A DNA stretch of 64,000 nt from Octopus bimaculoides (taxonomy: Eukaryota), in assembly GCF_001194135.2 (NCBI RefSeq), contig NC_068989.1, forward strand, positions 27,474,233-27,538,232, written 5' to 3'. Below, in pieces: positions 39,120 through 53,174 of the stretch. Under the pieces are notes generated by a model that did no database searches, was not told the origin of the DNA, and worked only from the letters and a program-made list of their open reading frames with translations. Each line of letters begins with the position of its first letter. Position 1 is the first letter of the stretch. Position numbers and translations under genes: made by a program.

Positions 39120-39184
39120 TTAAAGGAACTTTTATTGACAAACGTTTTGCTTCATTTATTATTATTATCCATATATATATATTT

Positions 39185-39279
39185 NNNNNNNNNNNNNNNN
39201 NNNNNNNNNNNNNNNNNNNNNNNNNNNNNNNNNNNNNNNNNNNNNNNNNNNNNNNNNNNNNNNNNNNNNNNNNNNNNNN
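39185..39279. other. Assembly gap flanked by (TA)n
   Basis: Run of N. Confidence 0.97.
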
Positions 39280-42200
39280 ATATATATATATATATATATA
39301 TATACACGCACAGAGGGCATAAGAGGAGTTTTCGTCCACGATTACTTAAACTAATAGGTCTGCGTACTGAGTGCTCAAATAGGTGTGCCACCAAAATTGC
39401 AGTTAGGAGATTGTGGTTGTGTGATTGTCTTGTTCAAAAACAGCTACATGTGACATCTCTTAGAGTTATGGGTATAGGTTAAATAGTAAGAAAAGGCAAA
39501 CAATTAAGCAATGCAGGAAAAGGACATTTTATTTCATGTAATTCCATCTATAATTTAGCTACACAACAAATAGTAAATGTTAAAAAATGTTCAAAAGGGA
39601 ATGCCTACGCTGAATTTTTAAGAAATCTACAGTTACTCAATCCTGCCTACAAGTTCAGGTTTATACCTGTAATAATTGGGGCCCTGAGATATGTAATACA
39701 CTGCCTAAATACCAATCTTGAGAAATTAGGCTTCTCAAAACCACAATGGAGAAAGCTAATTCGAGGACTACAGATCTAATCCGTCACTGAAACTGTAATA
39801 ATCTGAAAAATTTCCAGTCGTTTATCATTTAAATATATATATGAGCATGTCTAGATTTGCAATTTATGCATGTGAATACATACATAAAAAAGCATACAAA
39901 TCTGCATATATACATTCATACAAACAAAAATGTCCTGTTGTTGATGTTGAAATTACAATCGGAGCCTTGGATCTTGTTTAGAAACCGGCTCTTTCCGCAT
40001 TGGCAGGAAATCTTGAAATAAAACTAAATAATAACACTCATACATACATTCATACATACATTCATACATACATTCATACATACATACATACACACATACA
40101 TATATACATAAATACAAACATACATACATACATACATACATACATACATGCATGCATGCATACATACATACATACATACATATATACGTAATACATACGT
40201 ATATACATACATTAGCAAATCCTTAATTCATATGCTACAAACGATCTCATCTGGAAGTATGAAAATCTGCAAGTCCTTAAAGCTTTAAAGGACGATGATT
40301 TACACAGAGCGCGACGGGCCACGATCGTGGCCCAGATTGATACATTTAATTTATGGGCGTTTGTTGGGGTCTAACGTCACTCAAACGCTCCGATACCCCC
40401 CAGAATACAAGAGGACTAATAGTTCAACTAATATCTCTTAAGATGATGTAAAATTTGCCTCAATTATATACTAAGAAGATATTTTAACTTTTTTTTTTTT
40501 TTTTATGTGTGCATGTTAGTCTCATTTTCATAAAATGTGCTCAACAGCCCGTGCTATATAAGTGAACATTCCAGCGCTTTGTGGGTTCTTTCCTTCACAA
40601 CCTTGCCATCTAGTAGGTGGCAGGTCAAAATTTGCTCTAAAATTAAAGACAAAGAACAAGTGTATACAACATACAGACATGCACATACATGTATATGTGT
40701 GTGTGCTTGTGTTTGTGTGTGTGTATGTGTATGTTTATGAGCGTGTGTGTATGCGGTTATGTGTATGTAGAAAAATTCACAGAAACTCACGCACACACGT
40801 ATACAGTTATACATTCATATATATGTGTGTGTGTATACAGGGCGCGACAATATTAAGCCTCTTGTATTCAGCATTCTTGATAAACGTTTCAGTCGAAAGA
40901 GCACATTATGCACCCCACTTCTAATCGCGATGAAAATAAAAGGATATACATATCTATCTGCAAAAATATACCATTACCATTAACCTAAGTTTAGTAGCGC
41001 CCTATCAATTGCTGTATAATATATGGGAGATTTTTCGGTTGCACTTTGTATGTGTATGTTTGTGCGTGTATGTGTTTGTATGTGTGTCCGTGCACGTATA
41101 CAATAGCGATATTTAGGCAGCTACAAGTTAGGCACATAATTATGTACGGACAACTGGATTTTCTGCGATCCACAATTCATCCATTGCTATACCTTGCAAT
41201 ACCAGTATCATTTTCACTTTTAGAGCGAAGCAAAACTCAAGTTCACGTTCATGAAGGCAAAGGTAGATGTGAGAGAACTAGACATGTTTCGTAGTAAAAT
41301 TGCGCAAGATTAATTGTTATAGATTTATCTAGTATGAATGATATAAAAATGATGCATAGCAAGAAGATATTAGAAATGTTAGTAAAATATATCTAACATT
41401 AATTTGATCGGTTGGTGCAAACATGTGAACACACAACTTCACTGCAGAACAGGCAGTTATCCAATATAAAGAGGATAAGTTAAATTTATACGCTCCTCAG
41501 TTCCCTGAATAGTCTCAAGATACGATGCTACAGGAAAGTACTCACTGGTTAAACGGTTGGAACATAATATTAAATTTTGTTTTAAATATTTCTACCTTAA
41601 AATTAATGTGAAAAAGCGAATGCATGTATTTTCCACTTCCTAGTCCACACCTAGGTAGTGGAAAATCTGTGTAGGAGTACATCTTTTGAATGTGAACGAC
41701 ATAGCCTCTCTCCTCCTTTTCTCAATTTTTCTGTTTTTTATAGTTGATGGCAGAATATAACTTCAATTGAGTACTGCATCAGGCAGTAATATAAATATAG
41801 AATTTATTCTGAAAAAATGTTTTTTTTTCTTTTCAAGAAATATATATTTTTTAGATGAATGAAATCTTTTTTTTTTTTTCCCCACAATATAATGAAAATC
41901 GGTTTCGTACAAAATTATGAAAATCAACTTGAAATATTTCTGGTAAAATTCAATATTGTTAGTATCACTTTAAACGATATATCTAAAATAGAGTGAATTC
42001 ATATGATTGTATTTACGTTAGGTGTTACTAAACCGAGGCAAGCCTTGGTACTTCTACTAGTATCATATGCATTCGTGAGAATTTCTGCATGTTTGTAGTG
42101 ATTAAACAATAGTATGTCTTGAAAGTTTGCTTCAGAAAAAAATATTCATATCCTGCAATGAATTTGATGGAAATTCTTATATGTAGACTGGCAAAATATA

Positions 42201-43414
42201 TAACCTATGCTCTGCCAGCGATTGCAACTGACCGTGAGAGAGAGGGTGGGATATTTTCGTGCAGTGAATAATTTTGCGAATGTGTATGTTTATTACAAAA
42301 GGATAATTTATTTCATTTGAGATAAGAGAATTTTAAAGGGTGATTTTCCTTCAATAAGCATCAATCAGCACAGCGTTGCCCTATCATGACTCCAGGTAAC
42401 TGAGACATGTCGAGAAAGAGTAGTGATTTGTGTTAGACTTGTACATATGTTTCAGCGTGAGTGTGTGTGTGGCAGTGTGTGAGAGTGCGCGCGTGTATGT
42501 GTGTTTGTGTGTGTGTGTGTGTGTGTATGTGTGTGTGTGCGTGTGTGTGAGTCAGTCTATCCTTGAATTTTTGGAACCTAGCCAGTGATATAACCATGGT
42601 AGAAAATATATTTCTATTTAAAGCCCACCCACTACAGATATGAAGTATTTTGTCTCATAAATTCTACATTGTCATACTCATACAATGTCAATAATATTCA
42701 ATGCATTGTTGAGCTGAAAATTGCTTACATTAGATATACAACTATTTATGTCAGTTAATTACTTGCCATACGCCTAAAGCAATATGACATATACAAACTT
42801 CCTATATCTATAGTAAGTGCTCATGAGTGGATTGATAAATGACAAACGTAAAACAAAACCAATAATTTTCTTTCTGAATTTATGTTTGACGCTTTCCATT
42901 CGATAAGCCGCTAGTAAAAGGAAGTCCAGTAAATAATGACAAAGAAGAAATAATCATTAAAACAATACTTCAAATAATAGAACAGCAAAGGTATTGACAT
43001 TATTTTGGTAAAATTCCAAATGATCTCACTCAATGATTGCTGAATAGTCTTCTAAGTGTATTAGCTGAAAGCATAATCAATTAGATAATTATAAATGAAA
43101 GAACAGAGAAATATCTGTTAGCAAGTACATTGGTAAATACTATGTTGCGTAGTTGTTTCTAAGAAATGTAATATGCATTTCCTCGTATTCTGTTTCCCTG
43201 TCAATATTTTCAATGTGACATTAAGTAGATGCAGGTCAGCTTCAATGCACAAAACACTCAATTTGCAACCCCGCAGTTCTATGTTCGATCAAACTGCACC
43301 CAGACTTGGGCGAGTATATTTTGCTATTTTACTTGGATTGATCAATGCTTTGCAATTAGTATTTTCCAGTAAACAACAACGCTGCATCTTGCTGTATGCT
43401 GATCTACATATATA

Positions 43415-43631
43415 TTTTTTTCTAGTCTAGCACCAAGGCCCGGAATTTTGGTGGAGGGAGCAGTCGATTAGATCGACCCCAGTACTCAACTGGTACTTAA
43501 TTTATCGACGCCGTAAGAATGAAAACCAAAGTCGACCTCGGCGGAATTAGAACTCAGAACGTAACGTAAAGACAGACGAAATACTGCGAAGCATTTCGCC
43601 CACCGTGCTAACGTTTCTGCCAGCTCACCTT
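43415..43631 (-). mobile_element. SINE family A copy
   Basis: gtcgattagatcgaccccagtactcaactggtacttaatttatcgac...gtcgacctcggcggaattagaactcagaac...ttctgccagctc aligns with 4821-5037. Confidence 0.85.
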
Positions 43632-43693
43632 ATATTTATAATTATATATACGTACGTACATACATACATACATACATACACATACACACACAC

Positions 43694-43988
43694 NNNNNNN
43701 NNNNNNNNNNNNNNNNNNNNNNNNNNNNNNNNNNNNNNNNNNNNNNNNNNNNNNNNNNNNNNNNNNNNNNNNNNNNNNNNNNNNNNNNNNNNNNNNNNNN
43801 NNNNNNNNNNNNNNNNNNNNNNNNNNNNNNNNNNNNNNNNNNNNNNNNNNNNNNNNNNNNNNNNNNNNNNNNNNNNNNNNNNNNNNNNNNNNNNNNNNNN
43901 NNNNNNNNNNNNNNNNNNNNNNNNNNNNNNNNNNNNNNNNNNNNNNNNNNNNNNNNNNNNNNNNNNNNNNNNNNNNNNNNNNNNNNNN
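43694..43988. other. Assembly gap between CA/TG repeats
   Basis: Run of N. Confidence 0.97.
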
Positions 43989-44027
<39 letters not shown>

Positions 44028-44944
44028 CTATGTATATAGAGGGGTGGTGACATGGGAACCAACAAACTAATCCTCGGGATTATACATTGTAGTTGAAAAC
44101 ATCAACAGTACTACAGAGAGTAAGCTACACATATATCAACTGGCAATGGACGAACTCAGAATGTTTTGATTTACGTTACGGGACCAACGATCATGGAACA
44201 ATTCAGAGGAAGAATGAGTATATAAATACTCTAAAGTTAAAATCGAACAGAACGAAAATGAATGTCAAATAATCAGAATAATAAAATAGATTCGTGAACG
44301 AAGTTGACGCCCAAGGAAGATATGGGTGCTAAGATAAAGCTAATTTCCAAAGAGAGGAAGGTTGACCAGTTTACTATTAATTTAGATCAATAATAGAATA
44401 AATGGATAAATAAATGAAATGAAAAACATATTATCAATAGGAAGAGAGAAACAAAGTGTAAACAAAATAAGGTTTAGAAAATAGGTCAGAGTCAGAAAGG
44501 TGGGCTTGTGCTTTTGGAATTTCAGGCCCTGCTTGTTTTGCGGGAAAGCAAGTTATTTTGAAGAACATTGATGTGGTATCAACTACACACATATTGTGAA
44601 TAATCACAAACACATTAGCACGCATGTTCATACATTCATTATGCGATAAACATTTATATATACCGGTGTTCGCGCGCACATACATCCCCCCCCCACACAC
44701 ACACACGAGCAGCGATTTCACACATCTATACAAACACGCACATATATTATAATACAGCTTCCGGTTAGTGTTACTCAAGTTTATGGATGAAGCTATTTCA
44801 TTGTCTTTGAACTAAACAGGAATGACATGTGGTACGCATGCCGGTGTTTTATTACTACGTCATCTCTTTGGTACACACGAATATATATATATGCGCGTGC
44901 AGGAATTTGTGTGTGTGCGTGTGTGTGTGTGTGTGCGTGTGTGC

Positions 44945-44976
<32 letters not shown>

Positions 44977-45214
44977 AATTTAATAAACACAAGTTTTAAG
45001 AGTAACCTATTATAGATTTCATGCTCGTATAGTGCCAAAATCGAACGTGTCTTGTTAATGTTTTTACCTGAGTGGTTGTAGGCTAGCACACGACACACTA
45101 TAAAATATCGTCCGATTATGATACTAGACAGATATGAAACTTGTAGCAGCTCACATTCTGTATTTATTGAAAGATATTTACATTTCGCATGATGGAGTAC
45201 ATTTTTATTCAGAA

Positions 45215-45244
45215 TACCAGTGGGGAAACTGTAAACTACATTCC

Positions 45245-45299
<55 letters not shown>

Positions 45300-45537
45300 T
45301 GTGTGTGTGTGTGCGTTTATATGTGTTTGTGTGCTCCTTTTTGCTTATGCTTTTCATCCAACTGCTTGGCAACCATTGTTGGTTTGTTTACATCACCATA
45401 ACTTTGCGGTTTAGCAACAAGAGATAGAATGCTTTCCAATAATAAGTTTTGGTGTCGTTTTGCTCGACTAAACGCTTCAATGAGGAGCTCCAGCATGGCT
45501 GCTAACATATTACTGAAACAAGTAAGAAATAAAAGTT
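45215..45537 (+). mobile_element. Diverged SINE family B 3' portion
   Basis: ttgctcgactaaacg...gctccagcatggc...actgaaacaagtaag is the reverse complement of the 31546-31700 segment. Confidence 0.7.
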
Positions 45538-47639
45538 AAAAAACTATTCTGGTCATTTATATATTGTTTCTCCTTAGGCATGCCCTATATCTTATTTTTT
45601 TCTGAATGAACGTTGAAAAGAAAAAGCTATTTGCACAAACGAAATGTTTTCACAGTTGCATTCTAAATGTTGAATGAGCCAACAACAGAAATACTTTTCA
45701 CGCATTTCCTGAAAATTATAAATACTAATTGCAATTATAATCGTGAATGTATGAGGTTTTTCATTCTACAAAATTAAGCCTTAAAACAGTGGTATTATAG
45801 AAAGTGTTATCTATACTTCCTATACGACATAACATGTTCCACTGCTTCCTTTGACAAATAGAGGCGCAAAAGTTTTAAAGCTAACAATTTTCAAGAACCC
45901 AGTTTCTGGGTTTATTGTTGAATACAAGATAATAACAATTAGGCATGGATTTCAAAATGACTATATTAAATTTTGTGTTTTCTGTGTATTTGGGATAATG
46001 TAAGTCATAAATATAATATATACAGAAAAAAATATTGACCATACAATTAAGCTTTTATCAGTATTTAATTGTCATAATTTTCTCTTTGAGTATCAAATAC
46101 ACGTGATCTGTATCAAATTTTGCACACAAAGGATGTATAGAATCTATTAATAAAACAGGGAAGTAATAATATCATCCAGCTGTAACGAAGATGGATTTAC
46201 GTATAAAATTGTTGATCTTGAATTTAAAAGAAAAAAGAGAAATTCCGACAGAGAATAACATGGTGAACAATAGGCTTTGAAGTTCTTTTGGATTCCTGGC
46301 AATAATATCAATCTTTTTTACTGCGACTTTCAAAGGAATATATCGTCACAAGATTATAAACAGCAAGCAGAAAATCATACGATTTGCAATATGAAATGTT
46401 TTACATTAACTTTGATGCCGAGTTAGTATTGAAATGCAGATCCTACAATCCTATCATGGCGTTTCTAAAGAGCTGTAGCAAATAGAAGTGAACGATGAAC
46501 GTTTCCCATAATATATCACCTTAATGGAAGAAAGCTTTTAAGTCCCCTAAAACTTTTGTATGATTTTCTATACTATAACAAGCCCGAAATCTAAAAGGCG
46601 GTTATATGTAAAAGGGTTCTATCATTATTTTTCTTGTCTTTTGTTGTAAATATATGTTTTTGTTGATGCAGTCTTTATAATTTCGTTAATAAAACTATTA
46701 ACGTCAGACTAAAAACATGATAAATGGTATAGACAGACCCGGTCTTATTCAATAGCAAACATGAAACTGCAGAGCCCTGTCATCCAGTTATATTTCTGCA
46801 AAGATATACATTCTGCTATTTTCCCACGACAAATATACATTTTGAATGTTAAGAAAATAACATGAACACGTAATATCGGGTTAACAGGAAGAAATAATGA
46901 AGTGGCGATTAACTATCGGCAAAGTGATTTATGGTTACTTTCATTTTTTTTTTTTTTTTTGTGGACTAAACACTCTATAATGATTAAATAAGGATTTCAG
47001 ATTTATGCATTGATAAGACTATTTATCATCTTCGGTTGTTCTTTTATAGCAATAGAATTAAGGTAACACATGTCATACCTATCACGTACGATGATTCATT
47101 CTTTAGATTTATTTTATGATGTGTTAACACGAATACATTTAGTTTCACACCATCCCGTATTTGCTCTATTTGAATTATGTACTAAGCATTAACTTAGAAG
47201 GTTGGAAAAAAATCTGTTGAATAGAGGTAATATGGAAAGAGTGCCATTTTAACAACTACCTGTATGAAATGTTTACATTTATGTAGCAAACATACACATT
47301 TACCCAGACGCAAGCACTAACACATACACATATCATTAATAATGTATCAGACCACACCAACAAGTGAGATTATATTGAAAGAAATAACAATCAACTCTCC
47401 TTCATAGATAACATCCAACTCTCCTTCAGAGATCACTTGTGCATTTTATAACCAACCGGAACACTATACAGGATTACCCACTCTTAAATATAATATACAA
47501 GTAGAGTAGGGAGAGTGTAGGTAAATCTGAACAGATTATCAAAGAATTAAAATTGACCAAGAGAAATAGATAGAGCAGCACATGACATCTTCACACGCAG
47601 AATCAATTAGAGGGTAGCGACTACAGACGAAACATATAT

Positions 47640-47900
47640 TATAATTATATAGAAGTTCAGTTACATTACATTGAAATCCTTGGTACACAACAAGAACAAA
47701 TAAAAAGAAGCCGTCCAAATATTAATTTATAATTCACCACAATTACTGACAAAACAACACGTAACCTTCTCTACATGTAAACAGAAATCCTATCGCACCT
47801 TTAGCTTGTTCCATAGGTCCAAATACAAGCAAAGTCAATACACATGCTAACCTATCACTTGGGATTTCCCAGAAACAGTTGTAAGACTTCATATTCATCT
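47640..47900 (+). mobile_element. Possible highly decayed PLE RT C-terminal fragment
   Basis: Weak similarity only: YIEILGTQQEQIK..., FTTITDK, HMLTYHLGFPRNSCKTSYS resemble YIDD..FT..QYL...HP..K segments. Confidence 0.25.
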
Positions 47901-48111
47901 TACCATAATTAAATATTCTAAATCATTTGAGATACCTGTCTTGCCTTGGTTTTTGTTGTCCTTTTTTCCTCTAATATAATGTATACCAGCTAACATGGAG
48001 CCTAATACAGATCCGTAGCTTCAGCTGTGAACTTGGTCTCTAGCAGATGACTAGTTATAGCACTTACACAGCGTACCTATTCATTAAGATCACTAGGAAA
48101 GGAACTCCACC

Positions 48112-48229
<118 letters not shown>

Positions 48230-49170
48230 AACATATGGGGGTTTAGTTCACAGGTAATCTAAATGACTAGGTACGCTGGGTAAGTGGTGTAACGGATTAC
48301 CAGGGCTCCAAGGTTATAGCCGAGACGGGAATTATGGAACCATTGTAGATTTCCGATCAAGCGGATATATAACTGTTAAAGAGGACAAAAAATGTTAAGG
48401 CAAGACAAACATCTCAAGTCAATATAGGTTATGGTTATTAGAAAAAAATTGTCCAATAATAATAACGTATATGACATGAGACGTTTGTTGTCCTCTTTAA
48501 CTTCAACAATTATATGTATGTATGTGTGTGTGTGTGTGTGTGTGTGGATGGATGGGTGGAATTACATGAGCTTTCATTTCTAAACAGATCAATTAAGTCA
48601 AGTATTCAACAGGTAAATGCATCTAGTATGAAAGGCAAGGTCGATGAAAAGGGAATCAGAACAGGAACAGATGTAATGAAACATTTTATTAAACATGACT
48701 ATACATTCTGAGTATTCCAAAGAGATTATACTGTAATCTTTGGCTTTTCCTTTGTACACCCTGATGAATTGCATCTCGGTACACGTGTTTATTCAGAATA
48801 AAATTCAGCACTGAATATATTCCGGTTAAATTTACAATTTAAAAATAGGAAAAATTCGAAAAGTCCGCCTCTGACAGAGATATATATGTGTGAACAATTC
48901 TATGTACTATGCTGGATACATTTGGTGTTCGTCTGGTATGTTGATTTTTTTTGTTCATTTTTATGTGCCTTGATTATGCATGCACTGACGACTGAAAAGT
49001 GCATTTTGTGCACAAATTGTGAACTCATATGATCTGCAGCGGAATCTGTTTTTAAAAGGCTCGCTTCGAGTGTTACATTCCCTCGCTTTCGGTACAATGT
49101 GTTTATTATGGTAGTTTTGATTTTAAGAGTCCCTCCTAGCGTGAAGTATTTATGTATGGTAATGCCCTTA

Positions 49171-49202
<32 letters not shown>

Positions 49203-50399
49203 CCACATACATATTTTTGTATTTGTATACATATTTATATATATGTAAATTCATAAATATTTGTATGTGTGTGTGTATGTATGCATGTATATTTGTATGT
49301 CTCCCACATGGTTTTGTTTCTAATATCCGCCACCACCGCTTTTAAATAGTCAATTATTTATTAGACCTATAAATGTCATTTTAAAAACACTGTGCAGCTA
49401 TTTAGTATCATTATTCAGATGAATTTATATCATTGTTATAAACAACAGTTACACCACCGTCATTATGGTTACTACAACAATGCTAAAGGCACCCAACGGC
49501 AGGCGTATTCATAGTTTATTTGCTGAAACTTCCGAATAATAACGTCTGCATGGTGATATGACGAAGTGCCAGAGCAGTTATAGCACCACTTCCCTCTTTT
49601 TACTGATATTGCACAAAGAAATGGCTATAAACACACCATTATATCTATATTGTTATAGAGCCATCGGTATACATATATCAATGAACACTCTGTTACTGTT
49701 ACATCTTATTTCAATGTCTACAACAGTCCGTTTTCGTGTCATACTGCGTCAATCTTATCCCTGAAAGCAGATCAGTATATTCACATCATTACTGTGCACT
49801 CTTTATAGTCATATCCATATATGAGGATATTACTTTAGGAAAATCCACGTCACTAGAGCGATATCAGTATAATTACATCACTACAGTGATGTTATATCAT
49901 TACTCTCTTAACATGACTGTCACATCAAACAGTTACATCATTAGTATTACAATTAAAATAATTTCCAGATCTACACGGAATATTGAAAAATAGAAGCAGT
50001 GAATTTAGAAATTTAATAATGAGTGAGAATTTTTGATCTGAAGCAAAATTTTGATTGAGTTCCCAATATATTCTGGTTATGTGAGCGGACACCAAACATC
50101 TTCATAGTTATACGAAATTATTATCAGTATTGATAAAATGACATACTTCATAGTATATTAAGTCTCTCTCTATATGATATTTGATATTTACAGTTGCTCA
50201 TCGAATATTACATAAGTAATATTGGGTACAGATTTGAATGTAAGTATTTGTATTAGACGAATTCTCTTTCGCATTTCCAGCTTTGTATTATACAGTAACA
50301 CTTACATAACCGTACAGCGTTCAAGTACATGTAAGGTTAGTGGAGGCGTAATTAATACTATATCGTAATATGTTTTATTTCGTATTTTTCATGACTAAT

Positions 50400-51130
50400 C
50401 AGAAGGGAGGCACGGCGTTCATGACCTTTTCAAGGCATTTCATAACTGCTGGAGGGAAGGTAGGAAGCTATCATCAGACAGAGGCAATTCTGCTAATGAC
50501 ACCCAACGGTAAGGTACGGGGTCATGCGCGTTGCTGTATTTACCATATGTCGGCATATTCTGGGCGTCCCGTCGAGTAGAGCCCGACTTAGTCCCCATCT
50601 CTGAGAGATACCTTCCTCATCTGCTGTGATCGATCAACACGAGCCGTCCACCCAGTTGGAATCTCAGTGAAGGAAACGTTGTAAGTAGTGTATAACTCGG
50701 AATATCGAGCAACATGACAAAACAGTCTGAACTCACTTTACTGGATCATGTAACAGGACGCATCCCAGTTTCTGAGTATAGTCGTTGTTTGGATACGAAA
50801 TACGACTAGTTGCAACCTATAATCTTGCAAAGTGTCTTGGCACCAAAGGAGATTTATGTGACACCTAAGGGAAGGGAGGCCATAGATCAAAAGATCTGAG
50901 AATGTTGTCCTCTAAGACAGATAACGGCAGTGCCAAACACCCCTGTCCAATGAGTCAAACAAATTGTAGCAGCTCGTCCAAGTCTGTTTAGGACATCAGA
51001 CACACGGCTAATCCTGCTTTTAATCTCACTACTGAAATAGGTGAAGCGGTCAATGACTTCTACATTCTCACCTGCAACACTGACATATGAAGTGGAATCC
51101 TCCAAGAAACAGACGATGTCTTGATACAAG
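50400..51130 (-). mobile_element. 3' fragment of an RTE-like LINE
   Basis: VSVAGENVEVIDRFTYFSSEI...RLGRAA (track ORF 50887-51129) matches the V.VVDxFTYLGS.I thumb motif, followed by a decayed C-terminus. Confidence 0.7.
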
Positions 51131-52064
51131 AGAGTTTAATCGCATTGAAATGAATATGGTTGTTATTTCAAGCAGATCAGCCGCTTGCTTGACTTTAGCA
51201 GATCAAGCTTTCATGCTTTCATGTGTTAAAACACATGAATTTTGCAAGTGCTTATAATAAAACGTATTCTTTTCTGCTTAACATCGAACAGGAACCATCT
51301 TCAAACTTTCCATATCAAGTATTAGCTTAAGTACTTATAACGTCTGGTAATGTTTTGAATACATCTTCATTGACTACGTAATAAGAAATGGTCTGCTGTT
51401 ATCATTTTATTCCATAAAATACAACATCAGAACCCAAGTCACGTAACCCGTATTGGCATTTCTCTGTTTTTCTAACCAAACAAGTTCTTAGTACACGGAT
51501 ACCCGCGCTACTAATACTTTAACTCTCTAATAACTTTCTTGAGTAATATAATAATGAGAAAATAGAAATATAGAAACATGAATATGGCCGTTGGAGTCCG
51601 ATTAAACAATTTAATATGATTCTGTTATCATGCCGAAATATACTAGCGCATATACTGATGGGATACATAGAAATTTGCTAAATTATTTAATACAAGATTG
51701 AAAACAATTGATCCAACATTGTTTTTCACTCTAGACAATAGATCATTAATGGAGTAGGCATGACAACCTGGATAAGGAGTTCTCTTCGTTATCAAATGGT
51801 TCTTATGGACGTATCTGCTGTCAGCCGCCGAAGAGAGAGTGAGAGCAATTGCGAGTGAGAATATTCAGAGGACCTTCAAATGTAATATCATCACTCTAGT
51901 TAACTGAGCCAGGAACTATTTGGGTGATTTTAGTGAAACCCACTATACTTTCGTCTCATACGCCTATCAGTTTCTGGGGACATGCTTTTCCATATATGAT
52001 CAAACTGTAAGTATAACTGATACTGAACCTTACATAAAACACTTATCATCGTGCTAATATTGTG

Positions 52065-52140
<76 letters not shown>

Positions 52141-52145
52141 CTATT

Positions 52146-52698
52146 GTGCAAAATCTACCTCTACTAACTAGAGATCCCAAAATGAACGACATACTGAAAA
52201 CGCTGAAACTCATCAAATGCAAAAGGCAACACAAATCGCTAAAGAGAGTACTAACAAATGCAAAGCTCTACAAAACAACCACGAAACGAACAGTTAAAAA
52301 ATGTGGACGCTCAAAATGTAGAACCTGCCCCAACTTACTTGAAGGCTCGGATTTCCTTTTCAAACAAGGACAGAGGTTCACAATTAAAACTAGTTTCACT
52401 TCTGCCTCTGAGAACCTAATTTATGTAATAACCTACTCGGGTTGTGGACATAACTATATTGGGCAGACGAATATGACCTTGAGAAGGAGAACCACTCTAC
52501 ATAAAGAGAAATCCGTTTCCCGCAGTACAGTCAAATTCCTCTCAGTGAACATATAGAAAAATGTGCAGATAACATCAAACCAAATTTCACAGTCTTCCCC
52601 TTCTACCAGTGGAAAGACACAATCTCTCCACACGAACGTTTAAATAAAGAAACTTTTTCATTGAAATATACAGAACACATTTTAATATGCACGCATAA
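52146..52698 (+). pseudogene. Penelope-like element GIY-YIG endonuclease C-terminal fragment
   Basis: KCGRSKCRTCP...SENLIYVITYSGCGHNYIGQTNMTLRRR..LH, and after a frameshift IPLSEHIEKC...FTVFPFYQ...RLNKETF; typical CCHH/GIY-YIG layout. Confidence 0.9.
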
Positions 52699-52956
52699 AT
52701 ACTTTTATCGCTTTACATATTTCAATTCACGATTACAGCACCTTTGAGTGTATGTGTACACATATATATTCCACTCACCTTACCGAACGCTGAACAGTTA
52801 TCTCCCTTCCCAACAACAACAACAACCATAATAGCGATACCCAATTACCTTCCCTTATTCTTCTACTTGTGAAGCCATTCACTCGTAAATACCATCACAC
52901 ACAACATGGACAAAAATTTCTTCTTAAGAAAATACATATTCAAATAAGTAAACCAT

Positions 52957-52993
52957 AATATCATGAATAGCGAAAGCGAAACCGGTCGATATT
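52957..52993 (+). ncRNA. Minimal PLE-type hammerhead, core mutated
   Basis: aatatc-ATGAATA-gc gaaa gc-GAAA-CCGG-TC-gatatt: perfect 6-bp stem I, palindromic stem III ACCGGT, GUC triplet; two core mismatches against CUGAAGA. Confidence 0.55.
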
Positions 52994-53129
52994 TTAAAAA
53001 TTATATTAGAATTATGTAAAGTGTGTGTATTTTCTTTTTTTTTAAATTTCTTATATATGTATATATATATATATATATAATGGCTGATAGTTAGCAAGGT
53101 GAGACACACATAAGAAAGAAGGAAACAAA

Positions 53130-53174
53130 GGACCACTGATGAGGTCACAGAAGTGTGACGAAAGAACTCTGGCC
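53130..53174 (+). ncRNA. Minimal type I hammerhead-like motif
   Basis: ggacca-CTGATGA-g-gtcaca gaag tgtgac-GAAA-gaac-TC-tggcc: core intact, 6-bp stem II, 2-bp stem III, CUC triplet, short stem I cca/tgg. Confidence 0.55.

Larger units (their letters stand above)
38466..39173. mobile_element. Foldback element: 138-bp inverted arms carrying hammerhead motifs, TA at both ends
   Basis: 38466-38603 matches the reverse complement of 39036-39173 with 4 mismatches; the ~430-bp spacer contains a 21-bp direct repeat (38856-38876, 38920-38940). Confidence 0.9.

Noticed and set aside
40845-41045. Possible small Tc1-like MITE (cagggcgc...gcgcccta, then ttttcggttgcactttgta)
   Set aside because: The terminal match is only about 7-10 bp and too weak to call.
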